The notes: generated by a model from the letters alone, not told the origin. Shown: positions 1-10,970, numbered from the stretch's first letter. The stretch is 64,000 bases of DNA from Methanocaldococcus sp. 16A (GCA_049860595.1 CP187551.1), one strand, 5' to 3'. Numbers and translations: made by a program.

Positions 1-1107
1 CTCATCTAAAAATTCTTTAATTCTTTCTAAACCCTCTTTAATGTTTTCGTAAGAGTTGGCATAGCTAATCCTTATACAATTCTTTCCTTTACTTCCAAAA
101 CCTATTCCTGGAGTTAAAGCGACATATTTCTCTTTCAATAATTTGTAACCAAATTCTCTCCCATCCTCTCCAATGTTTGGAAAGACATAATAAGCTCCAA
201 TTGGGTTATTAACTTTCCATCCAAAATATTTAACATATTTTAAAACCAATTTCCTCCTTCTATTAAATTCTTTTATCATATTATTTATTTCTTTTTCAGT
301 TTCTTTTTCAAAGGCTTTTAACGCGGCATATTGAGACATTGTTGGAGCTGAGATGAATAAATTTTGCTGTAATTTTAACACTGCTTCAATAATTTTTTTA
401 TTTGATAGAACATAACCAATTCTCCATCCAGTCATCGCATACAGCTTAGAGAATCCGTTAACTAATATTGTTTTTTCCAAATTTTCATCAAACTCATTTG
501 CTGAATAGCATTTTCCTTCATAAACTAAGCCGTTGTAGATTTCATCAGAGATAATGTAAGGGATGTTTTCATAAGCAAATTCATAAATCTCTCTATCTAC
601 AACCTCTCCTAATGGATTAGATGGGGAATTTATGATTATAGCTTTAGTTTTATTAGATAATGCCTTTTCTAAACTTTCAACTGTAAAATCACAAAATACT
701 GGTTTAGCTCCCAAAAACCTAATAAAATTTTTATAACATGGATATGATGGATTTTGAATTAAAACTTCATCTCCCTCATCAATTATTGAAGATAGAGCAA
801 AAAATAAACCTAAAGAACTACCTCCAGTAATGATTATGTTATCTGGATTTATATCTGCTTTATATTTACCTTTATATAGTTCTCCAATCTTCTCTCTTAA
901 CTCTAAAATACCTCTACTGTCTGTATAATGAGTAAATCCTTCTTTTAAAGCTTTAATACCCTCTTCAACTATTGACTTTGGAGTATTAAAATCTGGCTCC
1001 CCAATCTCTAAATGTATAACCTTTTTTTCATTTTCAAGTTTTTGAGCTAAAGCCAAAATATCCATAACCTCAAATGATTCAAAATTTAAAAGTCTTTTTG
1101 ATAACAT
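1..1107 (-). CDS. Class I/II PLP-dependent aminotransferase (aspartate aminotransferase family; possibly the methanofuran aminotransferase MfnC), 3' end runs off the window
   Basis: Not in the ORF track. Manual translation from ATG at 1107 gives MLSKRLLNFESFEVMDILALAQKLENEKKVIHLEIGEPDFNTP, with later NSPSNPLG, SDEIY and GFSKLYAMTGWRIG motifs; GGTGG SD upstream. Confidence 0.9.
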   Translation of the reverse strand, partial: MLSKRLLNFESFEVMDILALAQKLENEKKVIHLEIGEPDFNTPKSIVEEGIKALKEGFTHYTDSRGILELREKIGELYKGKYKADINPDNIIITGGSSLGLFFALSSIIDEGDEVLIQNPSYPCYKNFIRFLGAKPVFCDFTVESLEKALSNKTKAIIINSPSNPLGEVVDREIYEFAYENIPYIISDEIYNGLVYEGKCYSANEFDENLEKTILVNGFSKLYAMTGWRIGYVLSNKKIIEAVLKLQQNLFISAPTMSQYAALKAFEKETEKEINNMIKEFNRRRKLVLKYVKYFGWKVNNPIGAYYVFPNIGEDGREFGYKLLKEKYVALTPGIGFGSKGKNCIRISYANSYENIKEGLERIKEFLDE

Positions 1108-1180
1108 AAGCACCACCATTATAAATGTTAAAGATAAATAGTTATTAATTATTAATACTAAAAAAAATGGATAAACAACT

Positions 1181-1256
1181 ATATGACTTTCACAAGAATA
1201 AATCGTTTATTTGCATCCAACTACCTTATTAAATAAATATATTGCGAAAGTCCTAT
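1181..1256. mobile_element. Palindromic MITE-like repeat, family A
   Basis: Imperfect terminal inverted repeats ATATGACTTTCACA ... TGCGAAAGTCCTAT, matching other copies in the window. Confidence 0.7.
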
Positions 1257-1289
1257 ACTAAATCAAATATTTTATTGTGGTGGCATAAA

Positions 1290-2045
1290 ATGATTATCGC
1301 TGTTAGTGGAAAAGGTGGAGTTGGAAAGACAGCATTTACAACACTATTGATTAAAGCATTATCCAAAAAAACAAATAGCATTTTAGTAGTTGATGCTGAC
1401 CCTGACTCAAATCTGCCAGAAACTTTAGGTGTTGAAGTAGAAAAAACTGTAGGGGATATTAGAGAAGAGTTAAAAAAGTTAGTAGAAAAAGATGAGATTC
1501 CTGCAGGAATGACAAAATTAGACTATTTAAGAAGTAAGATTTTTGAGATTTTGGTTGAAACAAAACATTATGACTTGTTAGTCATGGGAAGACCTGAAGG
1601 TAGTGGTTGTTATTGCAGTGTAAATAATTGGTTAAGGCAGATAATAGATAATCTATCTAAGGATTATGAATTTGTTGTTATAGATACTGAAGCGGGTTTA
1701 GAACATCTTAGTAGAAGGACTACTCAAAATGTAGATGTTATGGTAGTTATAACTGATGCTTCAAAAAGAGGTTTAGGTACTGCAAAGAGAATAAAAAAGT
1801 TAGCTAATGAGTTAGAGGTTAAGTTTAAGGATATTTATGTTGTAGCAAATAAAGTTAAACCTGAGCATGAAGAGTTAATTGAAAAATATGCAAAAGAACT
1901 TGGATTAAATTTAATTGGAAAACTTCCTTATAACAAAGAGATAGCTGAGTATGATTTAAAAGGTATTCCTCTCTGGAATTTACCAGAAAATAATGAAGTT
2001 TATAAAAAAGTTGAAGAGATTGCTGAGAAAATAATTAAAAAATAA
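1290..2045 (+). CDS. CooC/AcsF-type nickel-insertion ATPase (MinD-like)
   Basis: Deviant Walker A GKGGVGKT, DADPD, GRPEGSGCYC (CxC) and DTEAGLEHLSRR motifs. Start moved to ATG 1290 (GGTGG SD); the upstream ORF extension lies in a repeat. Confidence 0.88.
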   Translation: MIIAVSGKGGVGKTAFTTLLIKALSKKTNSILVVDADPDSNLPETLGVEVEKTVGDIREELKKLVEKDEIPAGMTKLDYLRSKIFEILVETKHYDLLVMGRPEGSGCYCSVNNWLRQIIDNLSKDYEFVVIDTEAGLEHLSRRTTQNVDVMVVITDASKRGLGTAKRIKKLANELEVKFKDIYVVANKVKPEHEELIEKYAKELGLNLIGKLPYNKEIAEYDLKGIPLWNLPENNEVYKKVEEIAEKIIKK

Positions 2046-2050
2046 AATTT

Positions 2051-3049
2051 TTACTCAATCATTGAATTTGCTATTTTTATTACTTCATCTTTGTTTAATT
2101 TACTCATTATACCTACTCTAACTCCATTATAAGAGAATGTTAATGATGTATATCCATAACTTTCATAGATTGTAGCATTAACTCCATTATTTAATGTAAT
2201 TTTATTATTGCCTATATTTGTTTGATTTCCCATATCTTTCATTTCCATTATCATTAACTCCCCAGTTTCCCCATAAACTAAGCTAACCATTTCAAACTCT
2301 TCTCCATTCATATTTTGTTTTGCTGAGTTAGCCTTTTGTAATTTTAAATTTGCAGTGTATTTTGGAATTAATATTTTGAAACTAACATCTTTTTGAATCT
2401 CATTTATATTAGTTGAAGTAGCTACTTTTCCAGAACCTATTAACTCAGCTCCTTTTGGAGGAGTAAAGCTGAATTTGCTGTCTGGAATATCTACATTGAA
2501 TTTAACATTTTTATATTCAATAACCATATCTTTTGACTCTATTTTAAGTGGCTGCCAGTAATTTTCATCAACATATATTTTCATTTTAATTGTTGAGTCT
2601 TTTTTAGGAATTAACTCTAAAACATAGCACTTTTTATTATCATAATTTTCTTCTCCTAAGTATTTGACGTCATATTCTTTCAACATTTCTTTAATAAATT
2701 TCCCATAATCTGGGTTATATGGATTTTCTTCCCCTTTAATTTCAGTTTTCATATATTTGTTACTCTTCTTATCATAAATATACATTGTCTTTCCATCAGA
2801 AACTATTAAAACATCATCATTTTCCATATAGTATTTATTTGGTTTTTTAAAAGCATAGCTATATTCTATCGTCTTTACCTTTCCATTTACATTTAATGTC
2901 ATTACTAAATTTCCTTCCATAGTGTTAATACTTTCATACTTTTCTTGCATTTTCTTTGCTATCTCATCTGCATTCATCTGCTGTGTGCATCCTGCAAAGA
3001 TAATGCCTAAAACTAAAAATAAGGAAAGTATTAGGTATTTATATCTCAT
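2051..3049 (-). CDS. Lipoprotein with LolA-like (lipoprotein-sorting) domain
   Basis: Signal peptide with lipobox IFAGC; FKKPNKYYME, VSDGKT and FSFTPPKGA are typical of LolA-like folds. Confidence 0.75.
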   Translation of the reverse strand: MRYKYLILSLFLVLGIIFAGCTQQMNADEIAKKMQEKYESINTMEGNLVMTLNVNGKVKTIEYSYAFKKPNKYYMENDDVLIVSDGKTMYIYDKKSNKYMKTEIKGEENPYNPDYGKFIKEMLKEYDVKYLGEENYDNKKCYVLELIPKKDSTIKMKIYVDENYWQPLKIESKDMVIEYKNVKFNVDIPDSKFSFTPPKGAELIGSGKVATSTNINEIQKDVSFKILIPKYTANLKLQKANSAKQNMNGEEFEMVSLVYGETGELMIMEMKDMGNQTNIGNNKITLNNGVNATIYESYGYTSLTFSYNGVRVGIMSKLNKDEVIKIANSMIE

Positions 3050-3156
3050 AATTCCACTCTCAGTTTAATAATGTAAAGTAAAAGCCCAAATTGGGTAAAA
3101 TCATTTATTATTTTATTTATATTTAAATGTTTCTAAAATTTCAAAAATGTGATAAA

Positions 3157-3564
3157 ATGAATGTGAAAGCAGTAGTTGAATTCATAAAAAACTTTTCTAA
3201 TTCAAAAAATTGCAAAAAAATAGCTGAGGTTGGTGTTGGGTTTAAATTTGATGTTGCAAAAGAGTTAAGCAGATGTTTTGATTTAATGGTTATTGATATC
3301 AATGAAAAAGCTGTTGAAAAAGCTAAATTTTTTGGATTGAAAGCTTATAAAGATGATTTATTTAATCCAAATATAAATTTATACAAAGATGTTAATTTAA
3401 TATATTCTATAAGACCTCCTAGAGATTTACAGCCCTATATTCTATATTTATCAAAAGAGATTAATGCTAATTTAATTATAAGGCCTCTTTTAAATGAAAT
3501 TCCTATAAAAGAGCTAAAACTAAAAAACTATAAAGGGGAAGTGTTTTATATAAAAGAGATTTAA
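3157..3564 (+). CDS. UPF0146 family protein (Rossmann/methyltransferase-like)
   Basis: AEVGVGF, DDLFNPN and YSIRPP motifs. Confidence 0.8.
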   Translation: MNVKAVVEFIKNFSNSKNCKKIAEVGVGFKFDVAKELSRCFDLMVIDINEKAVEKAKFFGLKAYKDDLFNPNINLYKDVNLIYSIRPPRDLQPYILYLSKEINANLIIRPLLNEIPIKELKLKNYKGEVFYIKEI

Positions 3565-3720
3565 TTAAGCTTTCAATTTCTTTCTTCTCCAGTATCTCAT
3601 TTTTGGATGGAATCTAACTCTTCCTCTTGTTTTAACAATAACAAACAATGGAACTCTTCTATTCTGCTTCAAAGCCTTAGCCAATCTCAACTTCTTTCCT
3701 AATGGCTTGTTGCTTCCCAT
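3565..3720 (-). CDS. rpl39e: 50S ribosomal protein L39e
   Basis: Too short for the ORF track. Manual translation [51 protein letters not shown]; GGTGAG SD. Confidence 0.97.
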   Translation of the reverse strand: MGSNKPLGKKLRLAKALKQNRRVPLFVIVKTRGRVRFHPKMRYWRRKKLKA

Positions 3721-3729
3721 CATTCTCAC

Positions 3730-4332
3730 CTAAATTTTCTTTTTTAATCCAACTACTCTTGTTTGTTTATGTTCTGGGAAATATTTTTCAGGATTTTCTC
3801 CTCTTTCCTTCAATATATACCTAATTTCAGCCTCGTAGTCAGAGCTCAACTTAGTTCCACTTTTTATCTCTTCTAATATAAAAAATTCACTTGCTAAATG
3901 TCTTAATGTTTTATAACCAAGACCCATTAATGGGGTTATATATTGAATATTTTTCCTCATCTCTAAGCTCTGAATCTCTGAATAGCTGAGCTTTGGAACT
4001 TTATCATCTCTTCTTGTCCCATCCGCTAAAATGCTGTATTCATCAGCTAAAATTTCTAAGACAGTTTTATGAACATATTGTATAGCTGGAGCAGGATATT
4101 TATTCTCTATAATCATATCAGCAGCTTTTTCAACAATTTTTCTATCGAGAGTTATAACTTTATGCTTAAATCCCAAAATCCTAGCTGTCTCTTCAGCTAA
4201 TTTATAAGAAGGAATAACACCAAAATTTATAGTTATTAAATGAGGTTCATAACCAAGTTTTTTTAATATCACTGCTGAGAGGGAACTATCTTTCCCTCCA
4301 CTAAAGAGAACATGAACATCCATAAGTTTCAC
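3730..4332 (-). CDS. PP-loop (adenine nucleotide alpha hydrolase) family protein
   Basis: LFSGGKDSS PP-loop and ADGTRRDD; sits in the usual archaeal S19e-PDCD5-PP-loop-L39e cluster. Confidence 0.85.
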   Translation of the reverse strand: MKLMDVHVLFSGGKDSSLSAVILKKLGYEPHLITINFGVIPSYKLAEETARILGFKHKVITLDRKIVEKAADMIIENKYPAPAIQYVHKTVLEILADEYSILADGTRRDDKVPKLSYSEIQSLEMRKNIQYITPLMGLGYKTLRHLASEFFILEEIKSGTKLSSDYEAEIRYILKERGENPEKYFPEHKQTRVVGLKKKI

Positions 4333-4658
4333 TTTCTAATGATTTTAATATCTCTCTTTCTCTTTGTCATAGCACTTAATCTCTCAAGTAAAGCTTTAAA
4401 GTCCTCATCTTTTAATGGAATAGGTAATCTACCAAGTTGAGCTAATTGAATCAGTTGCATTTCAACAGCTTCAGCAAATTCTGGTCTCGCTAATCTTATT
4501 CTCTCCAATCTCTCTCTTGCTTCAGGAGCCAATATCTTTCTTAATAATGCTCTTTTTTGCATTTCAGCTTCTAATAATGCCTCTTCTTGCTGTTGTTGTT
4601 CAGCAAGCTTTTTTTGCATTTCAAGAAGCTTTCTTCTTTTAATTTCTTCAATATCCAT
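4329..4658 (-). CDS. PDCD5/TFAR19-like DNA-binding protein
   Basis: LRKILAPEARERLERIRLARPEFAEAVE motif. Confidence 0.92.
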   Translation of the reverse strand: MDIEEIKRRKLLEMQKKLAEQQQQEEALLEAEMQKRALLRKILAPEARERLERIRLARPEFAEAVEMQLIQLAQLGRLPIPLKDEDFKALLERLSAMTKRKRDIKIIRK

Positions 4659-4669
4659 TTTGCATCCCC

Positions 4670-5116
4670 TTAGTATTTAGCAAGAGCAGGGATTTCATTG
4701 ATTATTTCATCCCTAACCTCTTTAGCAATGTTGTCTAAGAAACTTCTACCTTTTGGTGTAATAACTCTACCTTCTGGTGTCTTTTCAACAAATCCTAATT
4801 TTTCTAATTCTTGTAAAGCTTTTCTAATGATATTTCCACTACCTTTGTAGAAGTGCTCAGGAGCATGACCTCTATTTTTTCTTCCTCCGTAAGCAGTTCT
4901 TAATCTTGAAACTCCAACTGGGCCGTAAATATAGATTTTTCTTAAAATTGATGCACACCTTATATACCACCAGTCATCTTGCTCAGGTCTTCTCTCTCTG
5001 CTAACTCCTGTCTTAACAAAAGGGACCCACTCTGGAACTCCAATATTCATCTCTTTTAATTTTTCAGCTGTCTTCTGAATTAACTTATCAGCTGGAACAT
5101 CATAGACAGTTACCAT
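4670..5116 (-). CDS. rps19e: 30S ribosomal protein S19e
   Basis: [23 protein letters not shown] and YGGRK motifs. Confidence 0.97.
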   Translation of the reverse strand: MVTVYDVPADKLIQKTAEKLKEMNIGVPEWVPFVKTGVSRERRPEQDDWWYIRCASILRKIYIYGPVGVSRLRTAYGGRKNRGHAPEHFYKGSGNIIRKALQELEKLGFVEKTPEGRVITPKGRSFLDNIAKEVRDEIINEIPALAKY

Positions 5117-5210
5117 TTTTGCACCTCTCTTAAATTATTTTAATTTATTTTTGATTTTCTCTGACTTCTTTATTTTGTGTTTAAGATTTAGATTTTTGTT
5201 AGTATAAAAC

Positions 5211-5291
5211 ATCAAACTTTTTCACTTATATATTTTTAACTCTAAGAGTATCAACCTTTCCTTTAAAATTTTATCTTTGCGAAAGTTTTAT
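5211..5291. mobile_element. Degenerate palindromic MITE-like repeat, family A
   Basis: Right end TTTATCTTTGCGAAAGTTTTAT and degenerate left end AAACTTTTTCAC. Confidence 0.5.
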
Positions 5292-5450
5292 TAAACCAAC
5301 AAAACAAGCTTAGTATTAATTTGATTAAGTTATATTTATATCTTATTATTATTGATAGATACACCTTTAGGTCTAAAATTTAACTTTATAAAAAAGAGAA
5401 TCTAAGCCTCATATAAGACAATATAAAAAATGAATCCAAAAAGTTTCAAA

Positions 5451-5525
5451 TGGAGCCGGGGGTGGGATTTGAACCCACGTAAGGCGGATCTGCAGTCCGC
5501 TGCCTAGCCCCTAGACTACCCCGGC
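5451..5525 (-). tRNA. tRNA-Cys (GCA), CCA encoded
   Basis: Reverse complement reads GCCGGGG...GCGGACTGCAGATCCGC...GGTTCAAATCC...CCCCGGCTCCA; TTTATATA TATA box at 5569-5576 on the minus strand. Confidence 0.97.
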
Positions 5526-5618
5526 TCTCCAAACCTATGAGTTGCATACATAAACTATATAGAAGAGGTATATAAATTTTATGGTTTATATTTTAGCTAA
5601 TTTCTATATTAAAATTAT

Positions 5619-6245
5619 TTAATATATTTTATCACTGTAATATTTTTTCCACAATATTCTTAAACATTCAATAACCATCCTTTTAGCAATCTCATCTAAT
5701 GTATATGGAGTTATTGGCTCAAAATCTCTGATAAATTTCTCAGTTCCTACAACTATATGTCCCTCTTCATCCAAATTTAAAAACTTAGCTGGGCCTTTTG
5801 TATATTTAGCATCACAAACCTTTATTTTTTCTTCTATACCAAAAACCCCATTAGTTCCTATTGTTTTAATTCCTCTCTCTTTACAATAGTTTATGATTGC
5901 CCTTGTTGTAGGAATTGTGTCTCCACCTGCTATACATATAATTGCCACATCTCCTCTAATTAAACTAAGATTATCTTTAGTTATATTTTCTCTAAATGCT
6001 TCAACTCTATCTCCAAAAAATCTCTTTATAAAATCTACTTTGTATTCCCCAACCTTTCCCCCTAATCTTCTATGGATTATATCATTTTTTTCTATCTTAG
6101 CATTATCAAAAACATAAACTTTCTCTACCCCACCTCTATGCACTTCTAATAAATCAAAAGCTACTCTAACTCCCAACCTTCCACATCCAATTATTGAAAC
6201 TTCCCCTTTTGGTTTTAATTTTCTTTCCATCTCTTCAACATTCAT
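5619..6245 (-). CDS. hcgE: ThiF/E1-like adenylyltransferase, probably HcgE of FeGP ([Fe]-hydrogenase) cofactor biosynthesis
   Basis: IIGCGRLG nucleotide-binding motif plus EVHRGG, IAGGDT and GTNGVFG, recalled as typical of HcgE. Confidence 0.78.
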   Translation of the reverse strand: MNVEEMERKLKPKGEVSIIGCGRLGVRVAFDLLEVHRGGVEKVYVFDNAKIEKNDIIHRRLGGKVGEYKVDFIKRFFGDRVEAFRENITKDNLSLIRGDVAIICIAGGDTIPTTRAIINYCKERGIKTIGTNGVFGIEEKIKVCDAKYTKGPAKFLNLDEEGHIVVGTEKFIRDFEPITPYTLDEIAKRMVIECLRILWKKYYSDKIY

Positions 6246-6335
6246 AAATATCCCATCTAAACAGAACTATTCTATAAGGAAAGTATTTATTTATGAAATT
6301 TTAATGTTGTTCTATATATAAAAACTTTAAGGAAG

Positions 6336-7589
6336 GTGATTATTTTGATTTATGTTGCTTTCACACCTTATGGAGCTTTTGGAGTTAAGGATAATAAAGA
6401 AGTTAATAGCTTAGATGACATAGAATATAAAAAATTGTTTAATGAAGATGAAATTCCAAATATAATGTTTAAATTAAAAACCCAACCAAATAAAATAGTA
6501 GATGAGCTAAAAGAGGAATGGGGAGATGAGATTAAATTAGAAATCCTTAGCGTTAAGCCATTTAATATAGGAGATTTCTTAAGAAATAATTTATTTGATG
6601 TTGGAAAGGAATTGGGATACTTCAATAATTATGAGGAATTTAGAAAGAAGATGCATTTTTGGAACACTGAGCTAACAAAAAAAGTTATAAAAAGTTATGC
6701 ACAACAAAAGGATAAAATCATTATTCAAGTTGCAGAAGCAATATCTGATTTAGATAAAACTCTAAACTTATTATCTGAGAGATTAAGAGAGTGGTATTCT
6801 CTCTATTTCCCAGAGTTAGACCACTTAGTTAATAAACATGAAGTTTATGCCAACTTAGTAACTAATCTAAAAAAGAGAGAAAACTTTACAAAGAGTCAGT
6901 TAAAAAAAATCCTCCCTTCAAAATTGTCTGGAAAAATTGCTGAAGCTGCAAAAAATTCAATGGGAGGAGAATTAGAAGATTATGATTTAAACGCTATTGT
7001 TAAATTTGCTGAAGAAATATGCCATTTATATGAAAAGAGAAAAGAGCTATATAACTATTTAGAGAAATTGATGAATGAAGAAGCTCCAAATATTACCAAA
7101 CTTGCAGGAGTTTCATTAGGGGCAAAATTAATAGGTTTGGCAGGAGGTTTAGAAAAATTATCTAAGATGCCTGCTTCAACAATACAAGTTTTAGGAGCTG
7201 AGAAAGCTTTATTCGCTCATTTAAGAACAGGAGCTGAACCTCCAAAACATGGTATAATTTATAATCACCCTTTAATTCAAGGTTCTCCACATTGGCAAAG
7301 AGGGAAAATTGCAAGGGCTTTAGCATGTAAATTAGCAATAGCTGCAAGAGCTGATTACGCTGGAGATTACATAGCAGATGAACTTTTAGAAAAGCTAAAT
7401 AAGAGAATTGAAGAGATTAAAAGGAAGTATCCAAAACCAAGAAAGAAAAAGAAGAAAGAGAAACCTAAAGCAAAGAAAAAAGAAAAGAAAGATAAGAAAG
7501 AAAAACCTAAGAAAAAGAAGGATAAGAAAAAAGACAAAAAAGGAAAAATGGAAAGAAAGGTTATAGGAAAAACAAAGAGCAGAAAATAA
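6336..7589 (+). CDS. nop5: C/D box sRNP protein Nop5 (Nop56/58)
   Basis: REWYSLYFPEL, ASTIQVLGAEKALF and PPKHGIIY motifs; lysine-rich C-terminal tail. Confidence 0.96.
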   Translation: MIILIYVAFTPYGAFGVKDNKEVNSLDDIEYKKLFNEDEIPNIMFKLKTQPNKIVDELKEEWGDEIKLEILSVKPFNIGDFLRNNLFDVGKELGYFNNYEEFRKKMHFWNTELTKKVIKSYAQQKDKIIIQVAEAISDLDKTLNLLSERLREWYSLYFPELDHLVNKHEVYANLVTNLKKRENFTKSQLKKILPSKLSGKIAEAAKNSMGGELEDYDLNAIVKFAEEICHLYEKRKELYNYLEKLMNEEAPNITKLAGVSLGAKLIGLAGGLEKLSKMPASTIQVLGAEKALFAHLRTGAEPPKHGIIYNHPLIQGSPHWQRGKIARALACKLAIAARADYAGDYIADELLEKLNKRIEEIKRKYPKPRKKKKKEKPKAKKKEKKDKKEKPKKKKDKKKDKKGKMERKVIGKTKSRK

Positions 7590-7607
7590 TTAAATTTTAA
7601 TGACTTT

Positions 7608-7712
7608 TTATTGCTTTTTATTTTTATACTTTTTATTTTTGTTTATGTAATGAACGATTGAAGCATATATAATTGCATCAAGAATCAATAAAATCATTGT
7701 TATTTTATCCAT
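7608..7712 (-). pseudogene. Short remnant (34 aa) of a membrane-protein paralogue
   Basis: MDKITMILLILDAIIYASIVHYINKNKKYKNKKQ*, with the same hydrophobic-then-basic layout as the N-terminus of the adjacent 8009-8251 ORF. Confidence 0.4.
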
Positions 7713-7719
7713 ATTCCCA

Positions 7720-8251
7720 CTATTTTTGTTTTAAATGCTTTTTTATAATGTTTTCAATTTCTTCATCATAAGGTAAATAAATTCTTTTAATTGAACAAAC
7801 TTTTTCTCCTAAAATTTTTTTCTTATTAAATAACAATTCAATAAAATCCCCATCTTTTTTAAAATCCTCAAATTTCTCCCAATTTATAAATCTGTTAATG
7901 TAATAAATTCCATCTTCACATAAATAAACAATAATTTCCTTATTAAATGCTTTCCAAATAATAATCGATGATAATCCTATCAAAAACAAACTAACGAAGT
8001 AGGATAGCTTAAACTTCCCCCTCATAACATAAGATTATGGATAACAATAAACCTAACATAACCATTCCAAAAATAATAACTGGAAAGTATTTTTTATCAA
8101 ACTCTGCCTTTTTACCATAAAATATATTAAGATAATGCATTTTAATTTCTCTTAAGATTTTTGTTTTAATCTTTGGTTGCATTTTTGTTATTTTGTGGAA
8201 GATAACACTTTGTATTAAAAATATAAATGAGAGATATAGAAGAGTATCCAT
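7720..8251 (-). pseudogene. Small membrane protein split by a +1 frameshift (PH-like/DUF5673-like C-terminus)
   Basis: ORFs 8009-8251 and 7720-8025 join into one frame (…CYEGKFKLSYF…) if one G is removed from the G5 run at 8017-8021; C-terminal IYLCEDGIYYINRFINWEKF. Confidence 0.6.
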
Positions 8252-8515
8252 ACTCTCTCACCACATTTATTTAGAGTAATTCTTATATGATGATAAATTA
8301 AATAAAATTTGAGGGAAAATATTATTACTTGTTATGGATGATGCTTGAATTGTTCCTGATTACTATAAATAGTATAAAGACGTTATTCCATGGTTAAAAA
8401 TAATAATTAAAAAGTAAATACTCTTTTACACTATAAATTAAATGTCTTTCTTTGCTATTGTTTAGAAGCAGAATTATTTATATACTCGCATCATTATCTA
8501 TTTTTTGGTGATAAA

Positions 8516-9205
8516 ATGGAAAATGTAAAAATTAGAGAGATTTTTGAAAACATTTATGAAGTTGATTTAGAAGATGGTTTAAAAAGAATAGCAACAAAAT
8601 CTATTGTTAAAGGAAAAAAAGTATATGATGAAAAAATAATAAAGATTGGAGATGATGAGTATAGAATTTGGAATCCAAATAAAAGTAAATTGGCTGCTGC
8701 AATAATTAAAGGTTTAAAAGTTATGCCAATAAAGAGAGATTCAAAAATTCTATACTTAGGAGCTTCAGCAGGTACAACACCATCTCACGTTGCAGATATT
8801 GCTGATAAAGGTATTGTTTATGCTGTAGAATATGCTCCAAGAATTATGAGAGAGCTCTTAGATGCATGTGCTGAGAGAGAAAACATAATCCCAATTTTAG
8901 GAGATGCTAATAAACCTCAAGAGTATGCAAATATTGTTGAAAAGGTAGATGTTATATATGAGGATGTTGCTCAGCCTAATCAAGCAGAGATATTAATTAA
9001 AAATGCCAAATGGTTTTTAAAGAAAGGAGGATATGGGATGATAGCAATAAAGGCAAGAAGTATAGATGTCACAAAAAATCCTAAGGAGATTTTTAAAGAA
9101 CAAAAAGAAATTTTAGAAAAAAATGGTTTTAAGATAGTTGATGAAATTGATATAGAACCTTTTGAAAAAGACCATATTATGTTTGTGTGTCGCTGGGAAG
9201 GTTAA
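8516..9205 (+). CDS. flpA: Fibrillarin-like rRNA/tRNA 2'-O-methyltransferase
   Basis: [30 protein letters not shown] and DVAQPNQ motifs. Confidence 0.97.
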   Translation: MENVKIREIFENIYEVDLEDGLKRIATKSIVKGKKVYDEKIIKIGDDEYRIWNPNKSKLAAAIIKGLKVMPIKRDSKILYLGASAGTTPSHVADIADKGIVYAVEYAPRIMRELLDACAERENIIPILGDANKPQEYANIVEKVDVIYEDVAQPNQAEILIKNAKWFLKKGGYGMIAIKARSIDVTKNPKEIFKEQKEILEKNGFKIVDEIDIEPFEKDHIMFVCRWEG

Positions 9206-9215
9206 AGGTGAAAAT

Positions 9216-9794
9216 ATGAGAGTTTTTGAAGTAATGAGAGAAACAAAGGAGACAAATGTTTATTTAAAAATAAATATTGACGGAACTGGAAAGTATAAAA
9301 TAGATACTGGAATTCCATTTTTTGACCATTTATTGGCATCTTTTGCTAAACATGGATGTTTTGATTTAATTGTTAAAGCAAGAGGAGATTTAGAGATTGA
9401 CGACCACCATACAGTTGAAGATGTGGGAATTTGCTTAGGCTTAGCTCTAAATCAAATAGAGAGAAAAAATATTTTTAGATTTGGATGGGCAATAATTCCA
9501 ATGGACGATGCAAGGGCAATGGTTTCAATAGATATAGGAGGAAGAAGTTATTGTGTGGGAAATTATAAACCAGAGAGAGAATATATTGGAGATTTGGCAA
9601 CAGAGAATATAAATCACTTTTTTGAGTCAGTGGCAAGCTATGGAATGCTAAATATCCATTATGAAGTTGTTGGTAAAAATGAGCATCACAAGGCTGAGGC
9701 GTTATTTAAAGCGTTTGGTGTTGCTTTAGATTTAGCTACAAAATTTGACGATAGAAAGGGAATTGTAAGTACAAAAGGAGAAGTTAAGCTATAG
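9216..9794 (+). CDS. hisB: Imidazoleglycerol-phosphate dehydratase
   Basis: [31 protein letters not shown] and STKG motifs; start moved to ATG 9216 after GGTGA. Confidence 0.96.
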   Translation: MRVFEVMRETKETNVYLKINIDGTGKYKIDTGIPFFDHLLASFAKHGCFDLIVKARGDLEIDDHHTVEDVGICLGLALNQIERKNIFRFGWAIIPMDDARAMVSIDIGGRSYCVGNYKPEREYIGDLATENINHFFESVASYGMLNIHYEVVGKNEHHKAEALFKAFGVALDLATKFDDRKGIVSTKGEVKL

Positions 9795-9832
9795 AATTTT
9801 CATTAAAAAATTTATTCCTGCGAAAGTCCTAT
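9791..9832. mobile_element. Internally deleted palindromic MITE-like repeat, family A
   Basis: ATAGAATTTTC...AATTTATTCCTGCGAAAGTCCTAT; the left end overlaps the hisB TAG stop. Confidence 0.7.
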
Positions 9833-9848
9833 TAATTTTTATTTGAAT

Positions 9849-10970
9849 TTAAAGGCTAAAATCTACAATGTCTCCTTTCTCACATCTTGTAACAACTGAG
9901 GCAACAATATTCTTAGAAAATAGTATAGCATTTGTTGGTTTTATAAAAGTAAAAGTAGCTTTAAATCCCTCCTCTATCAAACCAACATTCTCAAGCTTTA
10001 AAATCTTTGCATTGTTTATTGTTGCCATTCTCAAAATATCCTTTGGTTCTATGTGATAAAGTTTATAAATAAAATCCATCTCCTTAAATATTGAAGGAGA
10101 GTTTGCCATAAAATTATCTGTCCCAATTCCTACCAATAAATTGTCGTTAAGTTCATTTAATTTTGGCATCCCTACATTAAATGATAAGTTAGCTCTTACA
10201 CAAGCAATAACTGGAATCTTATTTTCCTTCAATAATTCTATATCATTATTTGTGAGATGAGTCCCATGAACAATAAAATTTAGCTTTATTCCTAAATCTA
10301 TTAATCTCTCAACCTCTGTCATGCCATATTTGTTTAAGCTGTATTCTACAGCCCCTTTATGCTCAGCTGCGTGTATGGCAAATAATTTCCTATCATCTTT
10401 TTCTTTAAATCTCTTAAAGATTTTAAAAATTAATTTTAGTTCATCATCTTCAAATTCATTAGCTCCACTTAATCCTAAACCATTAGATATTTTTAAAACC
10501 TCTTTTATTTCATTTTTGTTAATTTTTGTAGGTCTTCCCAAGATTATTGCCTTTGGATAATCATAAGATTCTAAAGCTTTATTTAATAAATTAATTCCCC
10601 TAACCCCATTTTCCCTAAAATCACAAAAAAATTTTATTCCAAGCTCTCTCATATCTTCTAAACCAAGTTTCATGCCCTCAATTAAAATTTCATCATCACA
10701 TTCAGCCAAATATCTATGCTTTAAACCATTTGGAGGTTTAACTAACTCATCCAAAGTTTTATTAATACCTATATCCTTTATACTATTATCAGCTATGTGT
10801 GTATGGGCATTTATTAAGGGAGGTATAATTAATCCTTTAAACTCAACAATCTCACTACTATGTTCATTTGTAAAGCCTTTAATAATGCCATCTTCAATAG
10901 CTAAAACCCCCTTTCTCAGCTCAAAATCCTTCCCATATAAAAATTTACCTTTTAGTAACAACAAAATCAC
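9849..10970 (-). CDS. Amidohydrolase-family metallo-deaminase
   Basis: INAHTH, IHAAE, VHGTH and GIGTD metal-binding motifs. Confidence 0.9.
   Translation of the reverse strand: MILLLLKGKFLYGKDFELRKGVLAIEDGIIKGFTNEHSSEIVEFKGLIIPPLINAHTHIADNSIKDIGINKTLDELVKPPNGLKHRYLAECDDEILIEGMKLGLEDMRELGIKFFCDFRENGVRGINLLNKALESYDYPKAIILGRPTKINKNEIKEVLKISNGLGLSGANEFEDDELKLIFKIFKRFKEKDDRKLFAIHAAEHKGAVEYSLNKYGMTEVERLIDLGIKLNFIVHGTHLTNNDIELLKENKIPVIACVRANLSFNVGMPKLNELNDNLLVGIGTDNFMANSPSIFKEMDFIYKLYHIEPKDILRMATINNAKILKLENVGLIEEGFKATFTFIKPTNAILFSKNIVASVVTRCEKGDIVDFSL

Noticed and set aside
8286-8358. Possible C/D box sRNA upstream of fibrillarin (ATGATGA at 8286, CTGA at 8355)
   Set aside because: Internal boxes are poor, there is no terminal stem, and the AT-rich guide regions show no complement that I could find in the rRNAs or tRNAs here.
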